Assembly (NCBI GenBank): GCA_965222115.1
Contig: CBDCTJ010000007.1
Coordinates: 1,856,001-1,920,000 of the forward strand
Direction of reading: 5' to 3'
Length of the DNA: 64,000 nt
DNA from: Planctomycetota bacterium
GTDB taxonomy: Bacteria; Planctomycetota; PLA2; JAEUHO01
The notes under the pieces were generated by a model. It did no database searches, was not told where the DNA came from, and saw nothing but the letters and a program-made list of their open reading frames with translations. Position numbers and translations under genes: made by a program. Shown here piece by piece: positions 1-9,166 of the stretch. Positions within the stretch are counted from its first letter, which is position 1. Each line of letters opens with the position of its first letter.

Positions 1-1
1 T

Positions 2-433
2 GATCCACTTACGGACCGCAATCCCCAAACTTTGAATCTTCTTCCTGCCAACCCATACGCCCGTGCCGCGCTCCGACCGTTCGCCCTCGATCCCGAACTC
101 GGCCAGTGTGCGAATGCCAATCTCTTCGAGATCGCGTTGAAACGCGTGCAGGTCTTTGCGGCTCTCCGTGAGATGCACAATCGGATAGGCCACCAGTTGA
201 CCCGGTCCGTGAAACGTGGCTTCTCCGCCGCGCTCGATGGCCACCACGGGAATATCGCCATCGTAGGCATCGGTACTCGGTGTTTTTCGCCCCAGCGTGA
301 TCACGGGCGGGTGTTCGCCCGTGAGCAAGACGTTGGGAATCTCGTCTTGAGCCCGTTGTTGAACGAGTTCCTGCTGCCAGGTGTGCATGTCGGCGTAGTC
401 GCGCATGCCCCAGTGAATATGGATGCCACTCAT
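2..433 (-). CDS. lipB: lipoyl(octanoyl) transferase LipB (runs off window edge; absent from ORF track)
   Basis: Manual translation from the ATG at 433: ...LLTGEHPPVITLGRK...VAIERGGEATFHGPGQLVAYPIVHL...GVWVGRKKIQSLGIAVRKWI, the LipB signature motifs. Confidence 0.92.
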   Translation of the reverse strand, partial: MSGIHIHWGMRDYADMHTWQQELVQQRAQDEIPNVLLTGEHPPVITLGRKTPSTDAYDGDIPVVAIERGGEATFHGPGQLVAYPIVHLTESRKDLHAFQRDLEEIGIRTLAEFGIEGERSERGTGVWVGRKKIQSLGIAVRKWI

Positions 434-445
434 GCGGGTTTCACG

Positions 446-1522
446 CTACGCAAGCACACGCTGTTCAAGCGATCGGCCGTGGGGGAACGCCACGCGTTCG
501 ACTTCGGTTACAAATTCATCGGCGAACGTGCGCGCATTGCCCGCCGCAACACCCAACGTGTCGCGCACATAGCGCATGCCCACTTGGTTGTCTGTGGCAG
601 GCCCGGCGATCACGTCAGGCTCCACGTCTCGCGCGCGCATCCATTCCAGACCGCCCCACGCCGCCACCAAGTCATTGGCGGTCAGGACGTGTGCACGAAT
701 CCAAGAGCGAAACTCGGCGTCTGTAAGGATCGATTCAACGCCATAGCGACCAATAATGCCATCACCCATTTCGACAACGATGGCATCCAACCGTTCGCCT
801 GCTTCGCGTTCTACGCAACGCAAGACCTTCTTGGCGACGGGTGCAAGATTCTCCACGCCCGCGGTACTTGGAAGCCCACAATCCAAGAAGGTGAGCGTTA
901 CAAGAGCGCCGTGATCATCCATGTTTAGCGGATCGCGTACCGCGGCGACTCCTGTGAGCTTGGCTGCGCCCAACCGATACCCGCGCTGAGTCAATCGAGC
1001 GATGATCTCGCACGCAGCCACGGTCTTTCCCGAGTCCATACATGTACCGGAAACGACGATCACGGGCGGTAGCGGCGTGTCGTCGGGCGCATCGGCCATG
1101 GCGGCATCGGCAATATTCACGCCCTTTCCATCACGGGTGACCATCCCGATCACTTCAACGCGAAGCGGATGGCCCACGTCGCGGTTCTCGCTGACCGCGT
1201 TGCCAAGCACACCGCCCAAATTAAGCAGGTGAATCACGTCGCCCGCATGCAGCGACTCCGGAACGCGACCGACAAACCCGCGCAGTGCGTCGCGGCGCCC
1301 GAGCGCGCCTACAAGCATGTCGCCCTTACCAACGTGGGCCATGCGTCCCGTAGTGAGTTCCACGACGTCGTATACGCGCTTCTGTTCCAATGCCTTGACG
1401 ACCAAGACTTGCCCGCTTCGGCACTCGATGGTCGTTGAATAATTGACATCGGGGCCCAAGGCCAAGCGACTCACCACACTTGAAATTTTGTGGGGGCGTA
1501 CGGAGTCAAATGTCTGCGTCAC
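446..1522 (-). CDS. DUF1611/DgcN-like P-loop protein
   Basis: GTCMDSGKT P-loop, AAKLTG, VVEMGDG motifs; GTG start overlaps the argG stop. Confidence 0.75.
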   Translation of the reverse strand: MTQTFDSVRPHKISSVVSRLALGPDVNYSTTIECRSGQVLVVKALEQKRVYDVVELTTGRMAHVGKGDMLVGALGRRDALRGFVGRVPESLHAGDVIHLLNLGGVLGNAVSENRDVGHPLRVEVIGMVTRDGKGVNIADAAMADAPDDTPLPPVIVVSGTCMDSGKTVAACEIIARLTQRGYRLGAAKLTGVAAVRDPLNMDDHGALVTLTFLDCGLPSTAGVENLAPVAKKVLRCVEREAGERLDAIVVEMGDGIIGRYGVESILTDAEFRSWIRAHVLTANDLVAAWGGLEWMRARDVEPDVIAGPATDNQVGMRYVRDTLGVAAGNARTFADEFVTEVERVAFPHGRSLEQRVLA

Positions 1523-2769
1523 TTTGCATCTCCCGCTGAGGCATCGGCTCGTTCGCGCGCGCGGTTGGCCAATGCGGCACCCATGCCGTAGAGCTTGGCA
1601 AACCCGGCCGCGTCATTACCGGACCATGCCCCGGCCTCTTCGCCGTACACCGCGACGTCACTGTCCATCAACGAATGCGGTGAACGCGTTCCGACCGTTG
1701 TTACAGCGCCTCGCGACAACCGCAGACGCACCTCGCCGGTAACGCGTTCGTTGACGCTATCCAAAAATGCTTCCAAGTCGCGCATGACAGGATCGTAGTA
1801 AAGGCCTTCATGCATGAAGTTGCCGTAAAACGTTCCCAACATCTGTCGCCAATAGGCCTGCCAGCGTGACTGCACCAGTTTTTCGAGATCGCGATGCGCT
1901 TGAATCAACATGAGCGGACCGGGTGCTTCGAAGGCGAGCCGACCTTTGACGCCCAAAATCGTGTCGCCAATGTGCATACCGCGTCCCACGCCGTGGGGTC
2001 GTGCACGCTTATTGAGTGCACGCACAATGTCAACACCCTTCATGGAAGAGCCGTCGAGTGCAACCGGCAAACCATGTTCGAAACCGATGGTGACCTCTTC
2101 GGGCGCGGCCGTTGCTTCCTCGGGCGACGTCGTCATGGTGTAGGCCTCTTCGGGAGGCATGGCCCATGGATCGTGCGTTTCCTTGCCACCAATTGTTGTG
2201 CCGAAGAGTCCCTCGTTGACGCTGTACGCCACAGTCTTCGGATCAATCTTGATACCGTGCTCGGCGAGCCAGTCGGACTCTTGTTCGCGCGACCAATTCA
2301 GCGATCGAATGGGTGCATGAATCGCAAGGTCGGGTGCCAACGCTCGAACAGCGACATCGAATCGGATTTGATCGTTGCCCGCACCGGTGGAGCCGTGTGC
2401 GATTGCAGTTGCACCCACCTCACGCGCCACACGTACGACCGCTTCTGCCTGCGCAGTACGTTCCGCGCCTACGGACACGGGATAGGTGCCGCCACGCAAG
2501 CAGTTGCCCTTAATGAGGTAGGCGACGAAGCGATCCCATACATCATCGCGCGCGTCGATGTGGCGATGATCCTTGATGCCCAACTCGGCCGCGCGGGCGG
2601 CAATGGCCTTCACTTCCTCATCGCGAAACCCGCCGGTATCCACAAATGCCGTGACGACTTCGGCGCCCAACTGTTCGCGCAACCAAATCGCACAAAACGA
2701 TGTATCCAGTCCACCGGAGAACGCAAGCACGACCTTCGCGTCACTAGTCTTTGTTACTTCACGTGTCAA
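1519..2769 (-). CDS. argG: argininosuccinate synthase
   Basis: AFSGGLDTS, AHGSTGAGNDQIRF, GVKGRLAFEAP motifs; AGGAG upstream. Confidence 0.96.
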   Translation of the reverse strand: MTREVTKTSDAKVVLAFSGGLDTSFCAIWLREQLGAEVVTAFVDTGGFRDEEVKAIAARAAELGIKDHRHIDARDDVWDRFVAYLIKGNCLRGGTYPVSVGAERTAQAEAVVRVAREVGATAIAHGSTGAGNDQIRFDVAVRALAPDLAIHAPIRSLNWSREQESDWLAEHGIKIDPKTVAYSVNEGLFGTTIGGKETHDPWAMPPEEAYTMTTSPEEATAAPEEVTIGFEHGLPVALDGSSMKGVDIVRALNKRARPHGVGRGMHIGDTILGVKGRLAFEAPGPLMLIQAHRDLEKLVQSRWQAYWRQMLGTFYGNFMHEGLYYDPVMRDLEAFLDSVNERVTGEVRLRLSRGAVTTVGTRSPHSLMDSDVAVYGEEAGAWSGNDAAGFAKLYGMGAALANRARERADASAGDAK

Positions 2770-2922
2770 TCGACGATCTCCTCGCGCACCGAAACCAGGA
2801 ATGGGCGCGTGCAGCGCGGCGCATCTTACGCGCGACGGACCGATGACGACTCAACACTCGAACCAATTCGGCACTGGCGGTGGAATCAATGCGTTGAAGA
2901 TGTCGCGGCGCGAAACGAACAG

Positions 2923-3519
2923 CTAACGCGTGCGCCGCCAATAAAGACGAATCACCGCGCCGCGGGGTGCTGAGCTGCCGGGCTTTCGCGACTGGTGGTT
3001 AACGGTGGCAAGTACGCCCCGCGCAGGAACGCCGGTGGGAAACTGCGCGCTGAGGCCGCGGGCACGTAGCAGATTCTGCGCGACGTGGGGGGCCAGCCCA
3101 ATGAGATTGGGTACGACGACGCGCCGGGGCTGTTGCCTAGGCGGAGGTAGTTGGCGAGGCGGTTGAGCCCCGTGAGATGGTGGAATCACACGACGTGGAT
3201 TTTTGGGGGCCTGGACGTAGCGAAAGCTCAGCCGAATCTGGGCGCCCCGAACCATAAGCGTGCCGGCCGCTGGGTGTTGGCCGTGAACGTATCGCTGGCC
3301 GTGCCCCCGCGTCTTGCCCACCAATCGCGCGCGAAGGCCTACCCGGTGAAGCACTTGCGTGGCTTGGTGAACCGGTTGCCCTACCACGGACGGTACGCGC
3401 ACCTTTTTTCGGCGATTCTTTGCTTCTGCGGTCGCGCTTCCGAAAACACCGCTCGCGCAGAAAACAAGCGTGGCGATCAAGGTCACGAAAACCGACGTGC
3501 TACGGAAACGGCTGTTCAT
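2923..3519 (-). CDS. secreted protein with two PASTA domains
   Basis: Signal peptide; VPSVVGQP...Q.PAAG and VPNLIGL...Q.RKPG repeats. Confidence 0.8.
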   Translation of the reverse strand: MNSRFRSTSVFVTLIATLVFCASGVFGSATAEAKNRRKKVRVPSVVGQPVHQATQVLHRVGLRARLVGKTRGHGQRYVHGQHPAAGTLMVRGAQIRLSFRYVQAPKNPRRVIPPSHGAQPPRQLPPPRQQPRRVVVPNLIGLAPHVAQNLLRARGLSAQFPTGVPARGVLATVNHQSRKPGSSAPRGAVIRLYWRRTR

Positions 3520-3593
3520 GCGGCCATACTATCATCCTCTCAGCATCCGACTGCGCGTCGCAGTCGAGAGCGCTTTGAAGGGATTTCAGTGCC

Positions 3594-4523
3594 TTGACGC
3601 AAACGGATACCGCTTCATCATCGTCGCCTGAAAGCGGCAGGACGAGCACGTCGCGGAGTATAGGCCTGCTTGTTGTTCGCCTCGCTGGGCTGTGGATCTT
3701 CCTCGGCGGCGTAGCGAAATGGTTATTCGGCGCTCCCGGAGATCTTCCCCGCTTTCTGTGGGATCTGCCCATCGAGCGCGCCACGCTCTTTCCACTTGTG
3801 ATCTCATTTGAGATGGCGCTGGGACTCTTCGCGTTTCTTCGACCTACGCGCGGCTGGTTGCCGATCATTCCGGTGTACCTAGCATTTGTCGCTGTGCTTC
3901 TTACGCAGATTGCGTCGGGTGCCACGTCGTGTGGCTGTATTGGAAGTCAAATCCCGGTGCCGCCATGGCTGATGTTGTCCATTGACCTCGTTTGGCTCGG
4001 ATTGATTTTATTCGTTGCGCGGCCGTGGCGGTGGGGGCGACGCGCGCTTCGGCCACTGCCCCTATTGCTCCCGCTCGTTCTATTGGCGGCCGCATGTCCT
4101 TGGATCTATTCGCGCACCGCGAGCGCCGACGATCCATCCAAGGCGGGTATTGCGTGGGTGGAACCCTCGACGTGGAAAGGCAAGCGTTTCGAAGAGATTG
4201 ACATCTACAAGTGGTTCGACAAGCAAGACATTGAACCCACGGCACTGTACCTGCTCTATGTCGAGAGCTGCGAAGTGTGCGCCGAGCACTTGGATTTGCT
4301 CTACATGCGCGAGCAGGGCGAACGCACGGTGTACCTCATGAAAGTCTGGGAAAAAGATGCGTCCGAGGCCACGCGCAAGGTGCATAAACTACCTAGCGCG
4401 CCCTACATCGAGCCGCGTGAACTGCGCGAGGGCGTCCCCTTTTCTGTTACACCACCTGTCGAGATCGACGTGCGCGACGGCAAAGTCGTGCGGGTCATGG
4501 AGGCGGGGGAGGAGCTTCCATGA
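3594..4523 (+). CDS. MauE/DoxX-family redox membrane protein fused to a thioredoxin-like CxxC domain
   Basis: About 5 TM helices, SCGCIG motif, C-terminal ESCEVC...TPP; stop overlaps the next ATG (ATGA). Confidence 0.78.
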   Translation: MTQTDTASSSSPESGRTSTSRSIGLLVVRLAGLWIFLGGVAKWLFGAPGDLPRFLWDLPIERATLFPLVISFEMALGLFAFLRPTRGWLPIIPVYLAFVAVLLTQIASGATSCGCIGSQIPVPPWLMLSIDLVWLGLILFVARPWRWGRRALRPLPLLLPLVLLAAACPWIYSRTASADDPSKAGIAWVEPSTWKGKRFEEIDIYKWFDKQDIEPTALYLLYVESCEVCAEHLDLLYMREQGERTVYLMKVWEKDASEATRKVHKLPSAPYIEPRELREGVPFSVTPPVEIDVRDGKVVRVMEAGEELP

Positions 4524-5863
4524 AACGCATTTCCTCTCGATCTGTCGTATCCTCTCGATCAAAGTACGTCCCGATTGCAACACTTGCGGTCGTGGCGTTT
4601 GGACTCGCCTTGGCTCTTGCCAAAGAAGATCCCTCGACGAACAGAAAGAAGGGAGGAGCGGAAGCGAATCCCCTCGTGTGGCATGCCGATCTCTATGAAG
4701 CCCACGCGCTGGCGGCAAAGCACCAACAAGCGCTATTTGTCGTCTTTACTTGACAGCCCTGAAAGGACTGCAAGCAGTTTGCCGAGCAGTTTGTTCGGCC
4801 CACGCCCGAGGTCACGAAGCTTCTCTCCGATATGGTGTGCGTGCGCGTCACGAATATGCGCGGCGTCGATCTCTCGGTTTACCACTTCAACTATGATCTT
4901 ACATTCGTGTCGCTGGTCATGCGGGCTGACGGACACATCTACTGCACCTATGGCGACCGCAACGCGCATTCGCCCGATGCCCATTTGAGTATGGAGACAT
5001 TGGCGGCCGCGCTAAAGGCTGCGAAGGCCCTTCACGATGCTTCGCCGATCGCGGATCGAAGCAAGCCCCTCAAGAGGGATCCCAAGACGCACGTCGAGTC
5101 CTTGTCTTCATACGCTAAGACGTTCGCGCCGAAGAAGCGAAACGAATGTGTCCATTGCCACACAGTCAACGATCTTCAGCGGACCCACTTCGAGGCCAAG
5201 GGCACGTGGAAGCGCATTGACAACTTCAAGTGGCCCGATCTCGCCCAGCTTGGCCTCGAGATGAGCACGCGTGATTCACTGGAAGTCACGCGCGTATCTC
5301 CGAAGTCCATCGCATCGAGAGCAGGCGTGAAAATTGGCGACCGACTTGTGAAGGTTGGCGAGCGCGAGCCGCAGAGCTACGGCGATCTCAAGCGAGCCCT
5401 AGATGAGCTTCCGAAGCGTACGGGAACAGCCACCATCGCCGTCAATCGATCTGGGACAACGAAGACGCTCACGGCGAGACTCAACAAGAACTGGCGAATC
5501 CCCAATGCGGCGACCTTTGCGTGGCGCGGCATGAAGTGGCGCATGGTGCCGCAACCGGGATTTGGCGGTCGTCCTCTATCCGTGGTCCAAAAGCGGAAAC
5601 AGGGCATCGACACCAAGAACTTTGCCTTTCGCGTGGGCTACATCGTGAACTGGGGGCCGCGCGCACACGTAGGTCGAGCGGTTGCCGTTGCGGGGCTGCG
5701 AAAGCACGACGTGGTTGTCGCCGTGGACGGAAAGCAGGATTTCGGAAGCGTTTCCGAGTTCCACGCATGGGTGAGACTCAACAAGAAGGTGGGTGAGACG
5801 TTGCGTGTGGACGTACTGCGCAAGGGACAGCCAAAAACGTTTCGCATCCCCATGGTCAAGTAG
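4520..5863 (+). CDS. Trx7/PDZ (seleno)protein with two in-frame UGA codons (U78-Q-P-U81-K-D-C84), a CxxCH motif and two PDZ domains
   Basis: ORFs 4520..4753 and 4832..5863 are in the same frame and separated only by TGA 4751-4753 and TGA 4760-4762. Read-through gives signal peptide, W..DL..A.A.A...LFVVFT-UQPUKDC, CVHCH and PDZ repeats (447 aa). Confidence 0.85.
4765..4799 (+). promoter_or_regulatory. candidate bacterial SECIS hairpin(s)
   Basis: GGACUG-CAAG-CAGUUU (4765-4780), starting 11 nt after UGA1; GCCGAGCA-GUU-UGUUCGGC (4781-4799) with a G-first loop after UGA2. Confidence 0.5.
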
Positions 5864-5866
5864 CCG

Positions 5867-6889
5867 ATGTCAGAGGCATCGTCCCAGCCCCAACGTACGT
5901 GGCTTGCGCCGGGTCAAATCGAGACGCGAAAATTTCCGGTTACCGGCGAGTCTGCGCCATCGGTAGAGGCCCTTGACCTCGCTTCATGGCGCTTAGTCGT
6001 TGAGGGCGATGTCGAGAATCCCATCTCGTGGACCTACGACGCCCTGTTGGCGTTGCCGCAAGAGACGATCGTGTGCGACATTCATTGCGTTACGGGGTGG
6101 TCGCAGCGCGCCATGTCCTTTCAAGGCGTCCGGTTGTCGCGCGTGCTCGAACAATCTGTGCCTACGCCAGATGCTGCGTTTGTGCTGCTTCGCGCCTATT
6201 CCGATCGCGGGCACGCAACCTCGTTGCCGCTGTCACTTGCATTGGACGACACATGGCTCGTCCATTCGAAGGATGGGAAACCGCTTGCTGTCGAACACGG
6301 GTATCCGCTACGCACGCTTACGCCGTCTCGCTTTTTCTTCAAGAGCCTCAAGTGGGTCCATGAAGTGGTTCTGGCGTCAGACGACCAGCTCGGGTACTGG
6401 GAATCGGAGTTCGGTTACCACAACGATGCCGATCCGTGGCAAGAGCAACGCTTCGTTACCGGCGATGTCAATCGCAACAAGGCCGAAGCGTTCTTTCAAG
6501 CACGATCCCTTGATGCGTTTCGAGGCAAGACGCTGCTGGGCGTAACGTGCCACGCATGGACGCCGCGTTCAAAGGACTTGCGTGATATTCATCTTCGAGC
6601 CTGCGATCTACGCGGCGCCAATCTGCAGGGTGTCGATTTGCGGGGATCGAATCTCACGCGCTGTGACCTTCGAGGCGCCAATCTCACTGGGGCGGATCTT
6701 CGGGGCTGCGATATCGAAGGCGCCAACTTGGGAGGTGCAGTGTTGCGTGACTGCGATTTGCGCGGCGCATTGTTATACGCAGTTCAATTGGAACCGGGCG
6801 CCGACGTTGCCGGCGCCCGATGGGATAATTCAACGCAGTTGCTTGAAGGGGCGCGGCGTTACATGGAACGCCACGCACCACTTGATTGA
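5867..6889 (+). CDS. sulfite-oxidase-family molybdopterin oxidoreductase fused to pentapeptide repeats
   Basis: DIHCVTGWS, EHGYPLR, KSLKWV, GYWE motifs; C-terminal (D/N)LRG(A/S/C) pentapeptide repeats; no signal peptide. Confidence 0.88.
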   Translation: MSEASSQPQRTWLAPGQIETRKFPVTGESAPSVEALDLASWRLVVEGDVENPISWTYDALLALPQETIVCDIHCVTGWSQRAMSFQGVRLSRVLEQSVPTPDAAFVLLRAYSDRGHATSLPLSLALDDTWLVHSKDGKPLAVEHGYPLRTLTPSRFFFKSLKWVHEVVLASDDQLGYWESEFGYHNDADPWQEQRFVTGDVNRNKAEAFFQARSLDAFRGKTLLGVTCHAWTPRSKDLRDIHLRACDLRGANLQGVDLRGSNLTRCDLRGANLTGADLRGCDIEGANLGGAVLRDCDLRGALLYAVQLEPGADVAGARWDNSTQLLEGARRYMERHAPLD

Positions 6890-6927
6890 CGACTACCTTG
6901 CGTGACGACTACTTTTTTGATTGAAGA

Positions 6928-7557
6928 CTATGGCGTTGGATTCCGGAAGAACATGGCCGTCCAGTACACGTTGCCGCCACCCGCGTCACACACGCCAATG
7001 GTGCAGTGTGTCCATGCCGGGCTGGAACTTCCCGCCACCTGATTGGGGGCCACGATTTGGCGCAAGTGGCCATCGGAGGCCACCCAGCCGTTCATGATGC
7101 CCTGATCCGAGGTGTTGAGGCCCCATGCAACGTTCTCGCCCACAAACGGGTGGGCCGACGTCGTGCACGTGAATCCACCAGGGTCGTTGCTGATGCCCGC
7201 ATCAAACGCTCGCGTGCATGAGTCTTTGCCCGTGACGGGATCCACGTGAAAGATATTGCCTTCTGCGGCCTGACGACCGCTGTGCGCAAAGGCGACGTCC
7301 GCGGCCGGGGCATACCACTGCAACGCAGGTAGCGGAACTGCCAGGCCGGCTCGGTAGCTGTTGTGGAGCGCAAGCATATTTTGCGCGCGTTGAAGCTCGG
7401 CTGCTGACATGGACGTGCCCGCGTGATTGCCACCTCCACCACCGCCACCACCAACGATACCGTCGCTCCCGCCGCCACCACCACCACACGACGAGAGCAT
7501 GAGCGCCGCCGCTAACGATAGACACGCGGACACCAATTTGTTTGTCAAGACTTTCAC
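6928..7557 (-). CDS. CAP/SCP-domain lipoprotein
   Basis: Lipobox LSSC plus Gly linker; HNSYR, GENVAWG, WVASDGH, YWTAMF. Confidence 0.88.
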   Translation of the reverse strand: MKVLTNKLVSACLSLAAALMLSSCGGGGGGSDGIVGGGGGGGGNHAGTSMSAAELQRAQNMLALHNSYRAGLAVPLPALQWYAPAADVAFAHSGRQAAEGNIFHVDPVTGKDSCTRAFDAGISNDPGGFTCTTSAHPFVGENVAWGLNTSDQGIMNGWVASDGHLRQIVAPNQVAGSSSPAWTHCTIGVCDAGGGNVYWTAMFFRNPTP

Positions 7558-7778
7558 GGCGGCTACCTCCCGAACGGCTGGTACGGCATACCAGGCTGTT
7601 CAACGTTGTGTTTTCTCAGTCTTCAATCTACCTCGGACGACACATCCGGCAACCCTTGGGTATCGGTTCCAGTACGCAGGATCTATGAATCGCCCATTGC
7701 GAGAGGCGTCATACCCAATCGGCTTCGGACGATTCTCCCTCCATCGCGGTGTCGAGCCATTCGCGCTACCCTGACGCC

Positions 7779-8999
7779 ATGAGTGACTTCGATCCTGTCC
7801 GTTCTCTGGCCGATATGCGACACGAATTTGGGGAGCATGGCGGCGTCAATATGTCGATTGAAACCAGCACCACCTTCACGGTGATGGATTCCGACACGAT
7901 GCCGGAGATTTTCACCGGCTCGCGCGGACCCGACTTGGGCGGCTGCTATCTTTACGGACGCCACTTCAATCCGACCGTGTATGTCCTGGGGCGCCAAATC
8001 GCGGCACTTGAAGGGGCGGAAGCGGGTTATTGCACAGCCAGTGGCATGAGCGCCATCAGTGCGGCCGTACTGCACTATTGTTCGAGTGGCGATCACATTG
8101 TTTCGGGGACAACGATCTACGGCGGGACGTTTGCGCTCTTTCACGAGTACTTACCGGCAAAGACCGGCATTCGTGTTGACTTCGTCGACACATCCGATCT
8201 CGATGCGGTACGCGCGGCATGTACCGAGAAAACGCGCGTGCTGTACGTCGAATCGATGGCGAACCCCACGTTACGTGTGGCCGACATTCCTGCGCTCGCC
8301 GACATCGCTCACGAATGCGGTGCAGTGCTGATCGTGGACAACACGTTCTGTCCGCTCATCCTTTCGCCCATTCAGCTTGGCGCTGATGTTGTCGTACACA
8401 GCCTTACGAAGTTCATGAGTGGTGCATCGGATTACATTGCGGGCGCGATTTGCGGGACGTCGGAATTCGTCACAGGTCTCATGGACCTCCATATGGGCTC
8501 GCTCATGATGTTGGGGCCAACGATGGATCCACGTTCGGCCTACGAGATCAGTGTACGCTTGCCGCATCTTGCGCTTCGGATGAAAGAACACGCACGCCGC
8601 GCGTCGGTGTTTGCGAAACGGCTGGCCGATCGCGGATTGGACGTGACCTACCCGGGCCTGAGCACGCATGAAGACTATGCACTTTTGAGTCGCCAAATGA
8701 ACGACGGCTACGGGTATGGCGGGCTCATCTGTGTGGATCTACAAACAACGGATCGCGCGGGGCTCTTTATGGAGACGCTGCAGAATCGAGATCGATTCGG
8801 TCTGATGGCCGTAAGTCTCGGCTACTTCGAAACATTGATGTCGTGCTCCGCTTCATCGACGTCAAGCGAGATGAGTGAGGACGATCTCAAGCGCGCGGGC
8901 ATTCGCCCCGGCCTCGTGCGTCTTTCGATTGGCTACACCGGCACCCTCGAGCAGCGATGGGACCAGTTGGAACGGGCGCTATCGGATATGGGGCTCTAG
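7779..8999 (+). CDS. methionine gamma-lyase (Cys/Met metabolism PLP enzyme)
   Basis: YLYGRHFNPT, SGMSAI, VDNTF, HSLTKF (PLP lysine), AVSLG, GLVRLSIG. Confidence 0.85.
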   Translation: MSDFDPVRSLADMRHEFGEHGGVNMSIETSTTFTVMDSDTMPEIFTGSRGPDLGGCYLYGRHFNPTVYVLGRQIAALEGAEAGYCTASGMSAISAAVLHYCSSGDHIVSGTTIYGGTFALFHEYLPAKTGIRVDFVDTSDLDAVRAACTEKTRVLYVESMANPTLRVADIPALADIAHECGAVLIVDNTFCPLILSPIQLGADVVVHSLTKFMSGASDYIAGAICGTSEFVTGLMDLHMGSLMMLGPTMDPRSAYEISVRLPHLALRMKEHARRASVFAKRLADRGLDVTYPGLSTHEDYALLSRQMNDGYGYGGLICVDLQTTDRAGLFMETLQNRDRFGLMAVSLGYFETLMSCSASSTSSEMSEDDLKRAGIRPGLVRLSIGYTGTLEQRWDQLERALSDMGL

Positions 9000-9166
9000 T
9001 TCCTCCAAACCGCTCTCAGAGTCTGGGCTTACGTCCCAAAGCGTGAGATCTCGCGGCTTACGGTTACGAGGACTATTTTGGGGGGGCGCCTGGCGGTTGA
9101 GGGCGTCTTGGGATAGACTCCCTGTGTCGACAAGTCTGAAGTGCCCTCGATGAATGGGAGTCCCGT

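Noticed and set aside
32-2973. Long antisense ORFs (32..928, 1894..2973; also 33597..34580, 42414..44147, 55917..56813)
   Set aside because: Shadow frames of well-supported genes in GC-rich DNA, with no recognisable motifs.
4751-4762. UGA reassigned genome-wide (Trp or Gly codes), or a nonsense pseudogene
   Set aside because: TGA is a normal stop in many ATGA/GTGA overlaps here and Trp is encoded by TGG. Two independent nonsense mutations landing exactly on CxxC positions are unlikely.
7779-8999. Methionine gamma-lyase as part of the selenium module
   Set aside because: Separated from the Sec operon by a gene on the opposite strand; proximity is the only support.
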